64,000 bases of DNA, from assembly GCF_009914755.1 (NCBI RefSeq), contig NC_060948.1; one strand, written 5' to 3'. Of the stretch, positions 1 to 20,401 are shown piece by piece (positions within the stretch are counted from its first letter, which is position 1; every line of letters begins with the position of its first letter). Under the pieces are notes generated by a model. The model was not told where the DNA came from, did no database searches, and saw only the letters and a list, made by a program, of their open reading frames with translations. The stretch is from the human T2T-CHM13v2.0 reference genome, Homo sapiens. The position numbers and the translations under genes are program-made.

Positions 1-777
1 TCTGTTATATATAACTATTTGAAATTATATATAACTGTATAATATTTTATGTAAATATGTAATATAATATATATAACTATATAATATATTATATATAACT
101 ATATATTATGTTATATATACTTTTATAACATAATTTACATAAAATATCATAATATAATATATATTATATTATTTCATATTACATAATATATATTACATAT
201 CACCCAATATAACTAACATACATAATATTATAATATAGATTATATTGTGTTATATTAAATATCATATATATCATGTATCATATATTCTATACTATATATT
301 ACACATTATATAATATGTATGTTGTCTATTATGTGATATATATAACTATATATATAATTATATTTTTATACATATAACTAGATAAACATGTAATTCTGCA
401 TATTTTCATTTATAATATGTAGAATTATATAATCATATATAATTATTTATATTCTATAAAAAATTTTATCATTCTATAAATTATAATATATAAAAATTAT
501 AATATGTACTACAAATATATATATTATATATCATATAAGATATAGTACCTTTGTTATATATCATAATACATATAAATGTGTATTATGTTATCTATAATTA
601 TATAATTTCATATATAAGATGTATAATATGTATCATATATTATATATGTTATGTAATATATATAGTATATATAAGATGACACAGGATAAATATTATATAC
701 TATGACATATAAAATATATGAGGTTATATGTTACATATAAGGCATAGCACATAACATGTAATATATATCATATATAA

Positions 778-1069
778 TTTTTTTTTAGACAGAATCTTGT
801 CCTGTTGCACAGGGTGGGGTACAATGGCGCCATCTTTGCTCACTGCAACTTCTGCCTCACGGGACCAAGCGATTGTCCCCCCTCAGCCTCCCAGGTAGCT
901 GGGACTACACCACACTGGGACTACACCAGCTGCCACCATGCCTAGCTAATTTTTTGGATTTTTAGTAGTGACAGCGTTTCACTGTATTGGCCAGGATGGT
1001 CTTGATCTCTTCACCTTGTGATCCCCTTGCCTTGGCCTCCAAATTTGCTGGGATTACAGGCCTGAGCCA
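778..1069 (-). mobile_element. Decayed Alu SINE, U1 (passively amplified with the satellite)
   Basis: The plus strand reads poly-T, agacag..., gctcactgcaac, cctcagcctccc, gctaattttt, ttggccaggatggtcttgatctc, gctgggattacaggc.tgagcca. This is a reverse-complement Alu lacking ~12 nt at its 5' end. Confidence 0.93.
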
Positions 1070-1640
1070 AGATCCATATTTTTTAAATGAAAAAAACTTT
1101 CAAAGGTACTCTGCTTGGTACAATAATCAAATGTATAAACTGAGGAATAAAACATAACCATGAAACCTACTTATAACTGCATATGGAAAATACAGAGGAT
1201 AATTTTTTAAATAACATATTTTGAAAGCCTTAACTAGTAATTTGAAGAGTTGGCATTTGAAAGGCCAGTATGAATATACCTTCAAAGCAGCAACACAGGT
1301 TCCCCATGAGAAAAAGCAAACACAGGGAAAATAAAAACACAAAGGTTCAATCTCTTCTGACCTTTGAAAGACACAGCACAGACAGTGGTCCTTAGGACGA
1401 AGAGCAGGAGACCCCTAATTCCGTCACCATGGCGATAGGGCATAAACATTGCTGGGTGAGGGCACAATCCACATTGTGAGGTCCAACTGCTGCCAGGAAG
1501 ACAGGAGTGCTTTTACATAGACCGAAAGGTCATTGAAGGCTCAGAGTTTTGTTTCAAGAACTGAATCCCAAGCCCACACGTTATTAGGCTGCGCTTCTTA
1601 AAACAAGTTATGAGATGGGAAAAAGGGCACCCACAAACAT
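1070..1640. repeat. Exemplar moderate-GC non-Alu segment of the unit (HSATI-type satellite component); present in every complete unit
   Basis: A ~570-bp complex sequence between the Alu 5' end and the AT tract, nearly invariant across copies. The HSATI name comes from the known DYZ2 composition, not from an alignment run here. Boundaries are approximate. Confidence 0.75.
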
Positions 1641-3482
<1,842 letters not shown>

Positions 3483-5587
3483 AGATCCATATTTTTTAAA
3501 TGAAAAAAAATTTCAAAGGTACTCTGCTTGGTACAATAATCAAATGTATAAACTGAGGAATAAAACATAACCATGAAACCTACTTATAACTGCATATGGA
3601 ATATACAGAGGATAATTTTTTAAATAACATATTTTGAAAGCCTTAACTAGTAATTTGAAGAGTTGGCATTTGAAAGGCCAGTATGAATATACCTTCAAAG
3701 CAGCAACACAGGTTCCCCATGAGAAAAAGCAAACACAGGGAAAATAAAAACACAAAGGTTCAATCTCTTCTGACCTTAGAAAGACACAGCACAGACAGTG
3801 GTCCTTAGGACGAAGAGCAGGAGACCCCTAATTCCGTCACCATGGCGATAGGGCATAAACATTGCTGGGTGAGGGCACAATCCACATTGTGAGGTCCAAC
3901 TGCTGCCAGGAAGACAGGAGTGCTTTTACATAGACCGAAAGGTCATTGAAGGCTCAGAGTTTTGTTTCAAGAACTGAATCCCAAGCCCACACGTTATTAG
4001 GCTGCGCTTCCTAAAACAAGTTATGAGATGGGAAAAAGGGCACCCACAAACATACGTATACATTATGTATATAATAATATACAGTATCATATATATAATA
4101 TATATAACCTATGTATAATATTGTTTTACATCCTGCATCTTATGTTATATATATTGTATAAAATATAATAATTGATAATATATAAGTTTTATAATTATAC
4201 AATATGACATATAGTATATATTATAATTTATGACATATATAATATATGTTATATATCACATATAGAATATATTATACGGTTAATATACGTATTAAATATA
4301 AATTATACATTATATATATTATATATAATATATCTGTTATATATAATACCCATTATGCATAATATATATATTATGTCTATGTTATATATAGTATAAAACA
4401 ACATATAATAATATATAATTGTATATACAAAATGCGACATATATTATATATTATATTTTATAACATATGTAATATATATTATATATTATATATAATACGT
4501 TGTATGTATAATACCTATATTAAATATATATTATATGACTATGTTATTAATTACATCTCACATGTGTTATATATTATATATTTTACATAGAATATACCGG
4601 TTACATACAATATATACTATGTTACCTATAAGGTATAATTTATTACATGTAAAATAAAGAATGCAATATATTATGTATAATTTATAATATACAATATGTG
4701 GAATGTGATATATATAACATATAATATATGATATATGATATACAGTATATGATATATAACATACAATATATGATTCCTAATATATATGGTATACAATATA
4801 TATTTTATGATATGTATTCTATATGTTTTATATTCTGTTATATATAACTATTTGAAATTATATATAACTGTATAATATTTTATGTAAATATGTAATATAA
4901 TATATATAACTATATAATATATTATATATAACTATATATTATGTTATATATACTTTTATAACATAATTTACATCAAATATCATAATATAATATATATTAT
5001 ATTATTTCATATTACATAATATATATTACATATCACCCAATATAACTAACATACATAATATTATAATATACATTATATTATGTTATATTAAATATCATAT
5101 ATATCATGTATCATATATTCTATAATATATATTACACATTATATAATATGTATGTTGTCTATTATGTGATATATATAACTCTATATATAATTATATTTTT
5201 ATACATATAACTAGATAAACATGTAATTCTACATATTTTCATTTATAATATGTAGAATTTTATAATCATATATAATTATTTATATTCTATAAAAAATGTT
5301 ATCATTATATAAATTATAATATATAAAAATTATAATATGTACTACAAATATATATATTATATATCATATATGATATAGTACCTTTGTTATATATCATAAT
5401 ACATATAAATGTGTATTATGTTATCTATAATTATATAATTTCATATATAAGATGTATAATATGTATCATATATTATATATGTTATGTAATATATATAGTA
5501 TATATAAGATGACACAGGATAAATATTATATACTATGACATATAAAATATATGAGGTTATATGTTACATATAAGGCATAGCACATAA

Positions 5588-5902
<315 letters not shown>

Positions 5903-8028
5903 AGATCCATATTTTTTAAATGAAAAAAACTTTCAAAGGTACTCTGCTTGGTACAATAATCAAATGTATAAACTGAGGAATAAAACATAACCATGAAACC
6001 TACTTATAACTGCATATGGAAAATACAGAGGATAATTTTTTAAATAACATATTTTGAAAGCCTTAACTAGTAATTTGAAGAGCTGGCATTTGAAAGGCCA
6101 GTATGAATATACCTTCAAAGCAGCAACACAGGTTCCCCATGAGAAAAAGCAAACACAGGGAAAATAAAAACACAAAGGTTCAATCTCTTCTGACCTTTGA
6201 AAGACACAGCACAGACAGTGGTCCTTAGGACGAAGAGCAGGAGACCCCTAATTCCGTCACCATGGCGATAGGGCATAAACATTGCTGGGTGAGGGCACAA
6301 TCCACATTGTGAGGTCCAACTGCTGCCAGGAAGACAGGAGTGCTTTTACATAGACCGAAAGGTCATTGAAGGCTCAGAGTTTTGTTTCAAGAACTGAATC
6401 CCAAGCCCACACGTTATTAGGCTGCGCTTCCTAAATCAAGTTATGAGATGGGAAAAAGGGCACCCACAAACATACGTATACATTATGTATATAATAATAT
6501 ACAGTATCATATTTATAATATATATAACCTATGTATAATATTGTTTTACATCCTGCATCTTATGTTATATATATTGTATAAAATATAATAATTGATAATA
6601 TATGTTTTATATTTATACAATATAACATATAGTATATATTATAATTTATGACATATATAATATATGTTATATATCATATATAGAATATATTATACGGTTA
6701 ATATACGTATTAAATATAAATTATACATTATATATATTATATATAATATATCTGTTATATATAATACCCATTATGCATAATATATATATTATGTCTATGT
6801 TATATATAGTATAGAACAACACATAATAATGTATAATTGTATATATAAAATGCGACATATAATATATACTATATTTTATGACATATATAATATATATTAT
6901 ATATTATATATAATACGTTGTATGTATAATACCTATATTAAATATATATTATATGACTATGTTATTAATTACATGTCACATGTGTTATATATTATATATT
7001 TTACATAGAATATTCCGGTTACATACAATATATACTATGTTACCTACAATATATAATTGATTACATGTAAAATAAAGAATGCAATATATTATGTATAATT
7101 TATAATATACAATATGTGGAATGTGATATATATAACATATAATATATGATATATGATATACAGTATATGATATATAACATACAATATATGATACCTAATA
7201 TATATGGTATACAATATATATTTTATGATATGTATTCTCTATGTTTTATATTCTGTTATATATAACTATTTGAAATTATATATAACTGTATAATATTTTA
7301 TGTAAATATGTAATATAATATATATAACTATATAATATATTATATATAACTATATATTATGTTATATATACTTTTATAACTTAATTTACATAAAATATCA
7401 TAATATAATATATATTATATTATTTCATATTACATAATATATATTACATATCACCCAATATAACTAACATACATAATATTATAATATAGATTATATTGTG
7501 TTATATTAAATATCATATATATCATGTATCATATATTCTATACTATATATTACACATTATATAATATGTATGTTGTCTATTATGTGATATATATAACTAT
7601 ATATATACTTATATTTTTATACATATAACTAGATAAACATGTAATTCTGCATATTTTCATTTATAATATGTAGAATTATATAATCATATATAATTATTTA
7701 TATTCTATAAAAAATTTTATCATTCTATAAATTATAATATATAAAAATTATAATATGTACTACAAATATATATATTATATATCATATAAGATATAGTACC
7801 TTTGTTATATATCATAATACATATAAATGTGTATTATGTTATCTATAATTATATAATTTCATATATAAGATGTATAATATGTATCATATATTATATATGT
7901 TATGTAATATATATAGTATATATAAGATGACACAGGATAAATATTATATACTATGACATATAAAATATATGAGGTTATATGTTACATATAAGGCATAGCA
8001 CATAACATGTAATATATATCATATATAA

Positions 8029-8320
8029 TTTTTTTTTAGACAGAATCTTGTCCTGTTGCACAGGGTGGGGTACAATGGCGCCATCTTTGCTCACTGCAAC
8101 TTCTGCCTCACGGGACCAAGCGATTGTCCTCCCTCAGCCTCCCAGGTAGCTGGGACTACACCACACTGGGACTACACCAGCTGCCACCATGCCTAGCTAA
8201 TTTTTTGGATTTTTAGTAGTGACAGCGTTTCACTGTATTGGCCAGGATGGTCTTGATCTCTTCACCTTGTGATCCCCTTGCCTTGGCCTCCAAATTTGCT
8301 GGGATTACAGGCCTGAGCCA
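8029..8320 (-). mobile_element. Alu copy, U4
   Basis: Same Alu motifs; shares the gggaccaag variant with U1. Confidence 0.92.
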
Positions 8321-10418
8321 AGATCCATATTTTTTAAATGAAAAAAACTTTCAAAGGTACTCTGCTTGGTACAATAATCAAATGTATAAACTGAGGAATA
8401 AAACATAACCATGAAACCTACTTATAACTGCATATGGAAAATACAGAGGATAATTTTTTAAATAACATATTTTGAAAGCCTTAACTAGTAATTTGAAGAG
8501 TTGGCATTTGAAAGGCCAGTATGAATATACCTTCAAAGCAGCAACACAGGTTCCCCATGAGAAAAAGCAAACACAGGGAAAATAAAAACACAAAGGTTTA
8601 ATCTCTTCTGACCTTTGAAAGACACAGCACAGACAGTGGTCCTTAGGACGAAGAGCAGGAGACCCCTAATTCCGTCACCATGGCGATAGGGCATAAACAT
8701 TGCTCGGTGAGGGCACAATCCACATTGTGAGGTCCAACTGCTGCCAGGAAGACAGGAGTGCTTTTACATAGACCGAAAGGTCATTGAAGGCTCAGAGTTT
8801 TGTTTCAAGAACTGAATCCCAAGCCCACACGTTATTAGGCTGCGCTTCTTAAAACAAGTTATGAGATGGGAAAAAGGGCACCCACAAACATACGTATACA
8901 TTATGTATATAATAATATACAGTGTCATATATATAATATATATAACCTATGTATAATATTGTTTTACATCCTGCATCTTATGTTATATATATTGTATAAA
9001 ATATAATAATTGATAATATATAAGTTTTATATTTATACAATATGACATATAGTATATATTATAATTTATGACATATATAATATATGTTATATGTCATATA
9101 TAGAAAATATTATACGGTTAATATACGTATTAAATATAAATTATACATTATATATATTATATATAATATATCTGTTATATATAATACCCATTATGCATAA
9201 TATATATATTATGTCTATGTTATATATAGTATAAAACAACATATAATAATATATAATTGTATATATAAAATGCGACATATAATATATATTATATTTTATA
9301 ACATATGTAATATATATTATATATAATACGTTGTATGTATAATACCTATATTAAATATATATTATATGACTATGTTATTAATTACATGTCACATGTGTTA
9401 TATATTATATATTTTACATAGAATATACCGGTTACATACAATATATACTATGTTACCTATAATGTATAATTTATTACATGTAAAATAAAGAATGCAATAT
9501 ATTATGTATAATTTATAATATACCATATGTGGAATGTGATATATATAACATATAATATATGATATATGATATACAGTATATGATATATAACATACAATAT
9601 ATGATTCCTAATATATATGGTATACAATATATATTTTATGATATGTATTCTATATGTTTTATATTCTGTTATATATAACTATTTGAAATTATATATAAGT
9701 GTATAATATTTTATGTAAATATGTAATATAATATATATAACTATATAATATATTATATATAACTATATATTATGTTATATATACTTTTATAACATAATTT
9801 ACATAAAATATCATAATATAATATATATTATATTATTTCATATTACATAATATATATTACATATCACCCAATATAACTAACATACATAATATTATAATAT
9901 AGATTATATTGTGTTATATTAAATATCATATATATCATGTATCATATATTCTATAATATATATTACACATTATATAATATGTATGTTGTCTATTATGTGA
10001 TATATATAACTCTATATATAATTATATTTTTATACATATAACTAGATAAACATGTAATTCTACATATTTTCATTTATAATATGTAGAATTATATAATCAT
10101 ATATAATTTTTTATATTCTATAAAAAATTTTATCATTCTATAAATTATAATATATAAAAATTATAATATGTACTACAAATATATATATTATATATCATAT
10201 ATGATATAGTACCTTTGTTATATATCATAATACATATAAATGTGTATTATGTTATCTATAATTATATAATTTCATATATAAGATGTATAATATGTATCAT
10301 ATATTATATATGTTATGTAATATATATAGTATATATAAGATGACACAGGATAAATATTATATACTATGACATATAAAATATATGAGGTTATATGTTACAT
10401 ATAAGGCATAGCACATAA

Positions 10419-10733
<315 letters not shown>

Positions 10734-12838
10734 AGATCCATATTTTTTAAATGAAAAAAACTTTCAAAGGTACTCTGCTTGGTACAATAATCAAATGTAT
10801 AAACTGAGGAATAAAACATAACCATGAAACCTACTTATAACTGCATATGGAAAATACAGAGGATAATTTTTTAAATAACATATTTTGAAAGCCTTAACTA
10901 GTAATTTGAAGAGTTGGCATTTGAAAGGCCAGTATGAATATACCTTCAAAGCAGCAACACAGGTTCCCCATGAGAAAAAGCAAACACAGGGAAAATAAAA
11001 ACACAAAGGTTCAATCTCTTCTGACCTTAGAAAGACACAGCATAGACAGTGGTCCTTAGGACGAAGAGCAGGAGACCCCTAATTCCGTCACCATGGCGAT
11101 AGGGCATAAACATTGCTGGGTGAGGGCACAATCCACATTGTGAGGTCCAACTGCTGCCAGGAAGACAGGAGTGCTTTTACATAGACCGAAAGGTCATTGA
11201 AGGCTCAGAGTTTTGTTTCAAGAACTGAATCCCAAGCCCACACGTTATTAGGCTGCGCTTCTTAAAACAAGTTATGAGATGGGAAAAAGGGCACCCACAA
11301 ACATAGGTATACATTATGTTTATAATAATATACAGTGTCATATATATAATATATATAACCTATGTATAATATTGTTTTACATCCTGCATCTTATGTTATA
11401 TATATTGTATAAAATATAATAATTGATAATATATAAGTTTGATATTTATACAATATGACATATAGTATATATTATAATTTATGACATATATAATATATGT
11501 TATATGTCATATATAGAATATATTATACGGTTAATATACGTATTAAATATAAATTATACCTTACATATATTATATATAATATATCTGTTATATATAATAC
11601 CCATTATGCATAATATATATATTATGTCTATGTTATATATAGTATAAAACAACATATAATAATATATAATTGTATATATAAAATGCGACATATAATATAT
11701 ATTATATTTTATAACATATGTAATATATATTATATATTATATATAATACGTTGTATGTATAATACCTATATTAAATATATATTATATGACTATGTTATTA
11801 ATTACATGTCACATGTGTTATACATTATATATTTTACATAGAATATACCGGTTACATACAATATATACTATGTTACCTATAATGTATAATTTATTACATG
11901 TAAAATAAAGAATGCAATATATTATGTATAATTTATAATATACAATATGTGGAATGTGATATATATAACATATAATATATGATATATGATATACAGTATA
12001 TGATATATAACATACAATATATGATTCCTAAAATAAATGGTATACAATATATATTTTATGATATGTATTCCATATGTTTTATATTCTGTTATATATAACT
12101 ATTTGAAATTATATATAACTGTATAATATTTTATGTAAATATGTAATATAATATATATAACTATATAATATATTATATATAACTATATATTATGTTATAT
12201 ATACTTTTATAACATAATTTACATAAAATATCATAATATAATATATATTATATTATTTCATATTACATAATATATATTACATATCACCCAATATAACTAA
12301 CATACATAATATTATAATATAGATTATATTGTGTTATATTAAATATCATATATATCATGTATCATATATTCTATACTATATATTACACATTATATAATAT
12401 GTATGTTGTCTATTATGTGATATATATAACTCTATATATAATTATATTTTTATACATATAACTAGATAAACATGTAATTCTACATATTTTCATTTATAAT
12501 ATGTAGAATTATATAATCATATATAATTATTTATATTCTATAAAAAATTTTATCATTCTATAAATTATAATATATAAAAATTATAATATGTACTACAAAT
12601 ATATATATTATATATCATATATGATATAGTACCTTTGTTATATATCATAATACATATAAATGTGTATTATGTTATCTATAATTATATAATTTCATATATA
12701 AGATGTATAATATGTATCATATATTATATATGTTATGTAATATATATAGTATATATAAGATGACACAGGATAAATATTATATACTATGACATATAAAATA
12801 TATGAGGTTATATGTTACATATAAGGCATAGCACATAA

Positions 12839-13153
<315 letters not shown>

Positions 13154-15279
13154 AGATCCATATTTTTTAAATGAAAAAAAATTTCAAAGGTACTCTGCTT
13201 GGTACAATAATCAAATGTATAAACTGAGGAATAAAACATAACCATGAAACCTACTTATAACTGCATATGGAAAATACAGAGGATAATTTTTTAAATAACA
13301 TATTTTGAAAGCCTTAACTAGTAATTTGAAGAGTTGGCATTTGAAAGGCCAGTATGAATATACCTTCAAAGCAGCAACACAGGTTCCCCATGAGAAAAAG
13401 CAAACACAGGGAAAATAAAAACACAAAGGTTCAATCTCTTCTGACCTTTGAAAGACACAGCACAGACAGTGGTCCTTAGGACGAAGAGCAGGAGACCCCT
13501 AATTCCGTCACCATGGCGATAGGGCATAAACATTGCTGGGTGAGGGCACAATCCACATTGTGAGGTCCAACTGCTGCCAGGAAGACAGGAGTGCTTTTAC
13601 ATAGACCGAAAGGTCATTGAAGGCTCAGAGTTTTGTTTCAAGAACTGAATCCCAAGCCCACACGTTATTAGGCTGCGCTTCCTAAATCAAGTTATGAGAT
13701 GGGAAAAAGGGCACCCACAAACATACGTATACATTATGTATATAATAATATACAGTATCATATTTATAATATATATAACCTATGTATAATATTGTTTTAC
13801 ATCCTGCATCTTATGTTATATATATTGTATAAAATATAATAATTGATAATATATGTTTTATATTTATACAATATAACATATAGTATATATTATAATTTAT
13901 GACATATATAATATATGTTATATATCATATATAGAATATATTATACGGTTAATATACGTATTAAATATAAATTATACATTATATATATTATATATAATAT
14001 ATCTGTTATATATAATACCCATTATGCATAATATATATATTATGTCTATGTTATATATAGTATAGAACAACACATAATAATGTATAATTGTATATATAAA
14101 ATGCGACATATAATATATACTATATTTTATGACATATATAATATATATTATATATTATATATAATACGTTGTATGTATAATACCTATATTAAATATATAT
14201 TATATGACTATGTTATTAATTACATGTCACATGTGTTATATATTATATATTTTACATAGAATATTCCGGTTACATACAATATATACTATGTTACCTACAA
14301 TATATAATTGATTACATGTAAAATAAAGAATGCAATATATTATGTATAATTTATAATATACAATATGTGGAATGTGATATATATAACATATAATATATGA
14401 TATATGATATACAGTATATGATATATAACATACAATATATGATACCTAATATATATGGTATACAATATATATTTTATGATATGTATTCTCTATGTTTTAT
14501 ATTCTGTTATATATAACTATTTGAAATTATATATAACTGTATAATATTTTATGTAAATATGTAATATAATATATATAACTATATAATATATTATATATAA
14601 CTATATATTATGTTATATATACTTTTATAACTTAATTTACATAAAATATCATAATATAATATATATTATATTGTTTCATATTACATAATATATATTACAT
14701 ATCACCCAATATAAGTAACATACATAATATTATAATATAGATTATATTATGTTATATTAAATATCATATATATCATGTATCATATATTCTATAATATATA
14801 TTACACATTATATAATATGTATGTTGTCTATTATGTGATATATATAACTATATATATAATTATATTATTATACATATAACTAGATAAACATGTAATTCTA
14901 CATATTTTCATTTATAATATATAGAATTATATAATCATATATAATTATTTATTTTCTATAAAAAATTATATCATTATATAAATTATAATATATAAAAATT
15001 ATAACATGTACTACAAATATATATATTATATATCATATATGATATAGCACCTTTGTTATATATCATAATACATATAAATGTGTATTATGTTATCTATAAT
15101 TATAAAATTTCATATATAAGATGTATAATATGTATTATATATTATATATGTTATGTAATATATATAGTATATATAAGATGACACAGGATAAATATTATAT
15201 ACTATGACATATAAAATATATGAGGTTATATGTTACATATAAGGCATAGCACATAACATGTAATATATATCATATATAA

Positions 15280-15571
<292 letters not shown>

Positions 15572-17692
15572 AGATCCATATTTTTTAAAAGAAAAAAAAT
15601 TTCAAAGGTACTCTGCTTGGTACAATAATCAAATGTATAAACTGAGGAATAAAACATAACCATGAAACCTACTTATAACTGTATACGGAAAATACAGAGG
15701 ATAATTTTTTAAATAACATATTTTGAAAGCCTTAACTAGTAATTTGAAGAGTTGGCATTTGAAAGGCCAGTATGAATATACTTTCAAAGCAGCAACACAG
15801 CTTCCCCATGAGAAAAAGCAAACTCAGGGAAAATAAAACCAAAAAGGTTCAATCTCTTCTGACCTTTGAAAGACACAGCACAGACAGTGGTCCTTAGGAC
15901 GAAGAGCAGGAGACCCCTAATTCCGTCACCATGGCGATAGGGCATAAACATTGCTGGGTGAGGGCTCAATCCACATTGTGAGGTCCAACTGCTGCCAGGA
16001 AGACAGGAGTGCTTTTACATAGACCGAAAGGTCATTGAAGGCTCAGAGTCTTGTTTCAAGAACTGAATCCCAAGCACACACGTTATTAGGCTGCGCTTCT
16101 TAAAACAAGTTATGAGATGGGAAAAAGGGCACCCACAAACATACGTATACATTATGTATATAATAATATACAGTATCATATATATAATATATATAACCTA
16201 TGTATAATATTGTTTTACATCCTGCATCTTATATTATATGTATTGTATAAAATATAATAATTGATAATATATGTTTTATATTTATACAATATGACATATA
16301 GTATATATTATAATTTATGACATATATAATATATGTTATATATCATATATAGAATATATTATACGGTTAATATACGTATTAAATATAAATTATATATTAT
16401 ATATATTATATATATCTGTTATATATAATACCCATTATGCATAATATATATATTATGTCTATGTTTTATATAGTATAAAACAACATATAATAATATATAA
16501 TTGTATGTATAAAATGCGACATATAATATATATTATATTTTATGACATATGTAATATATATTATATATTATATATAATACGTTGTATGTATAATACCTAT
16601 ATTAAATATATATTATATGACTATGTTATTAATTACATGTCACATATGTTATATATTATATATTTTACATAGAATATACCGGTTACATACAATATATACT
16701 ATGTTACCTATAATGTATAATTTATTACATGTAAAATAATGAATGCAATATATTATGTATAATTTATAATATACAATATGTGGAATGTGATATATATAAC
16801 ATATAATGTATGATATAAGATATACAGTATATGATATATAACATACAATATATGATACCTAATATACATGGTATACAATATATATTTTATGATATGTATT
16901 CTATATGTTTTATATTCTGTTATATATAACTATTTGCAATTATATATAACTGTATAATATTTTATGTAAATATGTAATATAATATATATAACTATATAAT
17001 ATATTATATATAACTATATATTATGTTATATATACTTTTATAACATAATTTACATAAAATATCATAATATAATATATATTATATTATTTCATATTACATA
17101 ATATATATTACATATCACCCAATATAAGTAACATACATAATATTATAATATAGATTATATTATGTTATATTAAATATCATACATATCATGTATCATATAT
17201 TCTATAATATATATTACACATTATATAATATGTATGTTGTCTATTATGTGATATATATAACTATGTATATAATTATATTATTCTACATATAACTAGATAA
17301 ACATGAAATTCTACATATTTTCATTTATAATATATAGAATTATATAATCATATATAATTATTTATATTCTATAAAAAATTATATCATTATATAAATTATA
17401 ATATATAAAAATTATAATATGTATTACAAACAGATATATTATATATCATATATGATATAGTACCTTTGTTATATATCATAATACATATAAATGTGTATTA
17501 TGTTATCTATAATTATATAATTTCATATATAAGATGTATAATATGTATTATATATTATGTATGTTATGTAATATATATAGTATATATAAGCTGACACAGG
17601 ATAAATATTATATACTATGACATATAAAATATATGAGGTTATATGTTACATATAAGGCATAGCACATAACATGTAGTATATATCATATATAA

Positions 17693-17984
<292 letters not shown>

Positions 17985-20089
17985 AGATCCATATTTTTTA
18001 AATGAAAAAAAATTTCAAAGGTACTCTGCTTGGTACAATAATCAAATGTATAAACTGAGGAATAAAACATAACCATGAATCCTACTTATAACTGCATATG
18101 GAAAATACAGAGGATAATTTTTTAAATAACATATTTTGAAAGCCTTAACTAGTAATTTGAAGAGTTGGCATTTGAAAGGCCAGTATGAACATACCTTCAA
18201 AGCAGCAACACAGGTTCCCCATGACAAAAAGCAAACTCAGGGAAAATAAAACCACAAAGGTTCAATCTCTTCTGACCTTTGAAAGACACAGCACAGACAG
18301 TGGTCCTTAGGATGAAGAGCAGGAGACCCCTAATTCCGTCACCATGGCGATAGGGCATAAACATTGCTGGGTGAGGGCACAATCCACATTGTGAGGTCCA
18401 ACTGCTGCCAGGAAGACAGGAGTGCTTTTACATAGACCGAAAGGTCATTGAAGGCTCAGAGTTTTGTTTCAAGAACTGAATAGCAAGCCCTCACGTTATT
18501 AGGCTGCGCTTCTTAAAACAAGTTATGAGATGGGAAAAAGGGCACCCACAAACATACGTATACATTATGTATATAATAATATACAGTATCACATATATAA
18601 TATATATAACCTATGTATAATATTGTTTTACATCCTGCATCTTATATTATATATATTGTATAAAATATAATAATTGATAATATATAAGTTTTATATTTAT
18701 ACAATATGACATATAGTATATATTATAATTTATGACATATATAATATATGTTATATATCATATATAGAATATATTATAGGGTTAATATACGTATTAAATA
18801 TAAATTATACATTATATATATTATATAAAATATATCTATTATATATAATACCCATTATGCATAATATATATATTATGTCTATGTTATATATAGTGTAAAA
18901 CAACACATAATAATATATAATTGTATATATAAAATGCGACATATAATATATATTATATTTTAAGACATATGTAATACATATTATATATTATATATAATAC
19001 GTTGTATGTATAATACCTATATTAAATATATATTATATGACTATGTTATTAATTACATGTCACCTATGTTTTATATTATATATTTTACATGGAATATACC
19101 GGTAACATACAATAAATACTTTGTTACCTATAATGTATAATTGATTACATGTGAAATAAAGAATGCAATATATTATGTATAATTTATAATATACACTATG
19201 TGGAATGTGATATATATAACATATAATATATGATATATGACATAAAGTATATGATATATAACATACAATATATGATACCTAATATATATGGTATACAATA
19301 TATATTTTATGATATGTATTCTATATGTTTTATATTCTGTTATATATAACTATTTGAAATTATATATAACTGTATAATATTTTATGTAAATATGTAATAT
19401 AATATATATAACTATATAATATAATATATATAACTCTATATTATGTTATATATACTTTTATAACATAATTTACATAAAATGTCATAATATAATATATATT
19501 ATATTATTTCATATTACATAATATATATTACATATCACCCAACATAAGTAACATACATAATATTATAATATAGATTATATTATGTTATAATAAATATCAT
19601 ATATATCATGTATCATATATTCTAATATATATATTACACATTATATAATATGTATGTTGTCTATTATGTGATATATATAACTCTATATATAATTATATTA
19701 TTATACATATAACTAGATAAACATGTAATTCTACATATTTTCATTTATAATATATAGAATTATATAATCATATATAATTATTTATATTCTATAAAAAATT
19801 ATATCATTATATAAATTATAATATATAAAAATTACAATATGTACTACAAATATATATATTATATATCATATATGATATAGTACCTTTGTTATATATCATA
19901 ATACATATAAATGTGTATTATGTTATCTATAATTATATAATTTCATATATAAGATGTATAATATGTATCATATATTATATATGTTATGTAATATATATAG
20001 TATATATAAGATGACACAGGATAAATATTATATACTATGACATATAAAATATATGAGGTTATATGTTACATATAAGGCATAGCACATAA

Positions 20090-20401
<312 letters not shown>

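Noticed and set aside
700-1069. Alus as active Pol III transcription units or retrotransposition sources
   Set aside because: The 5' end is truncated, the elements are heavily decayed and internally duplicated, the A-tail is only ~9-10 nt, and no target-site duplication is evident. Copies share flanks, so they spread passively.
1424-1479. Strong Kozak-like TCACCATGG opening a 16-aa plus-strand ORF (MAIGHKHCWVRAQSTL), extended to ~35 aa in U15/U17/U18
   Set aside because: There is no promoter, splice or expression evidence, and such a motif is plausible by chance. It would need Ribo-seq or testis transcript support.
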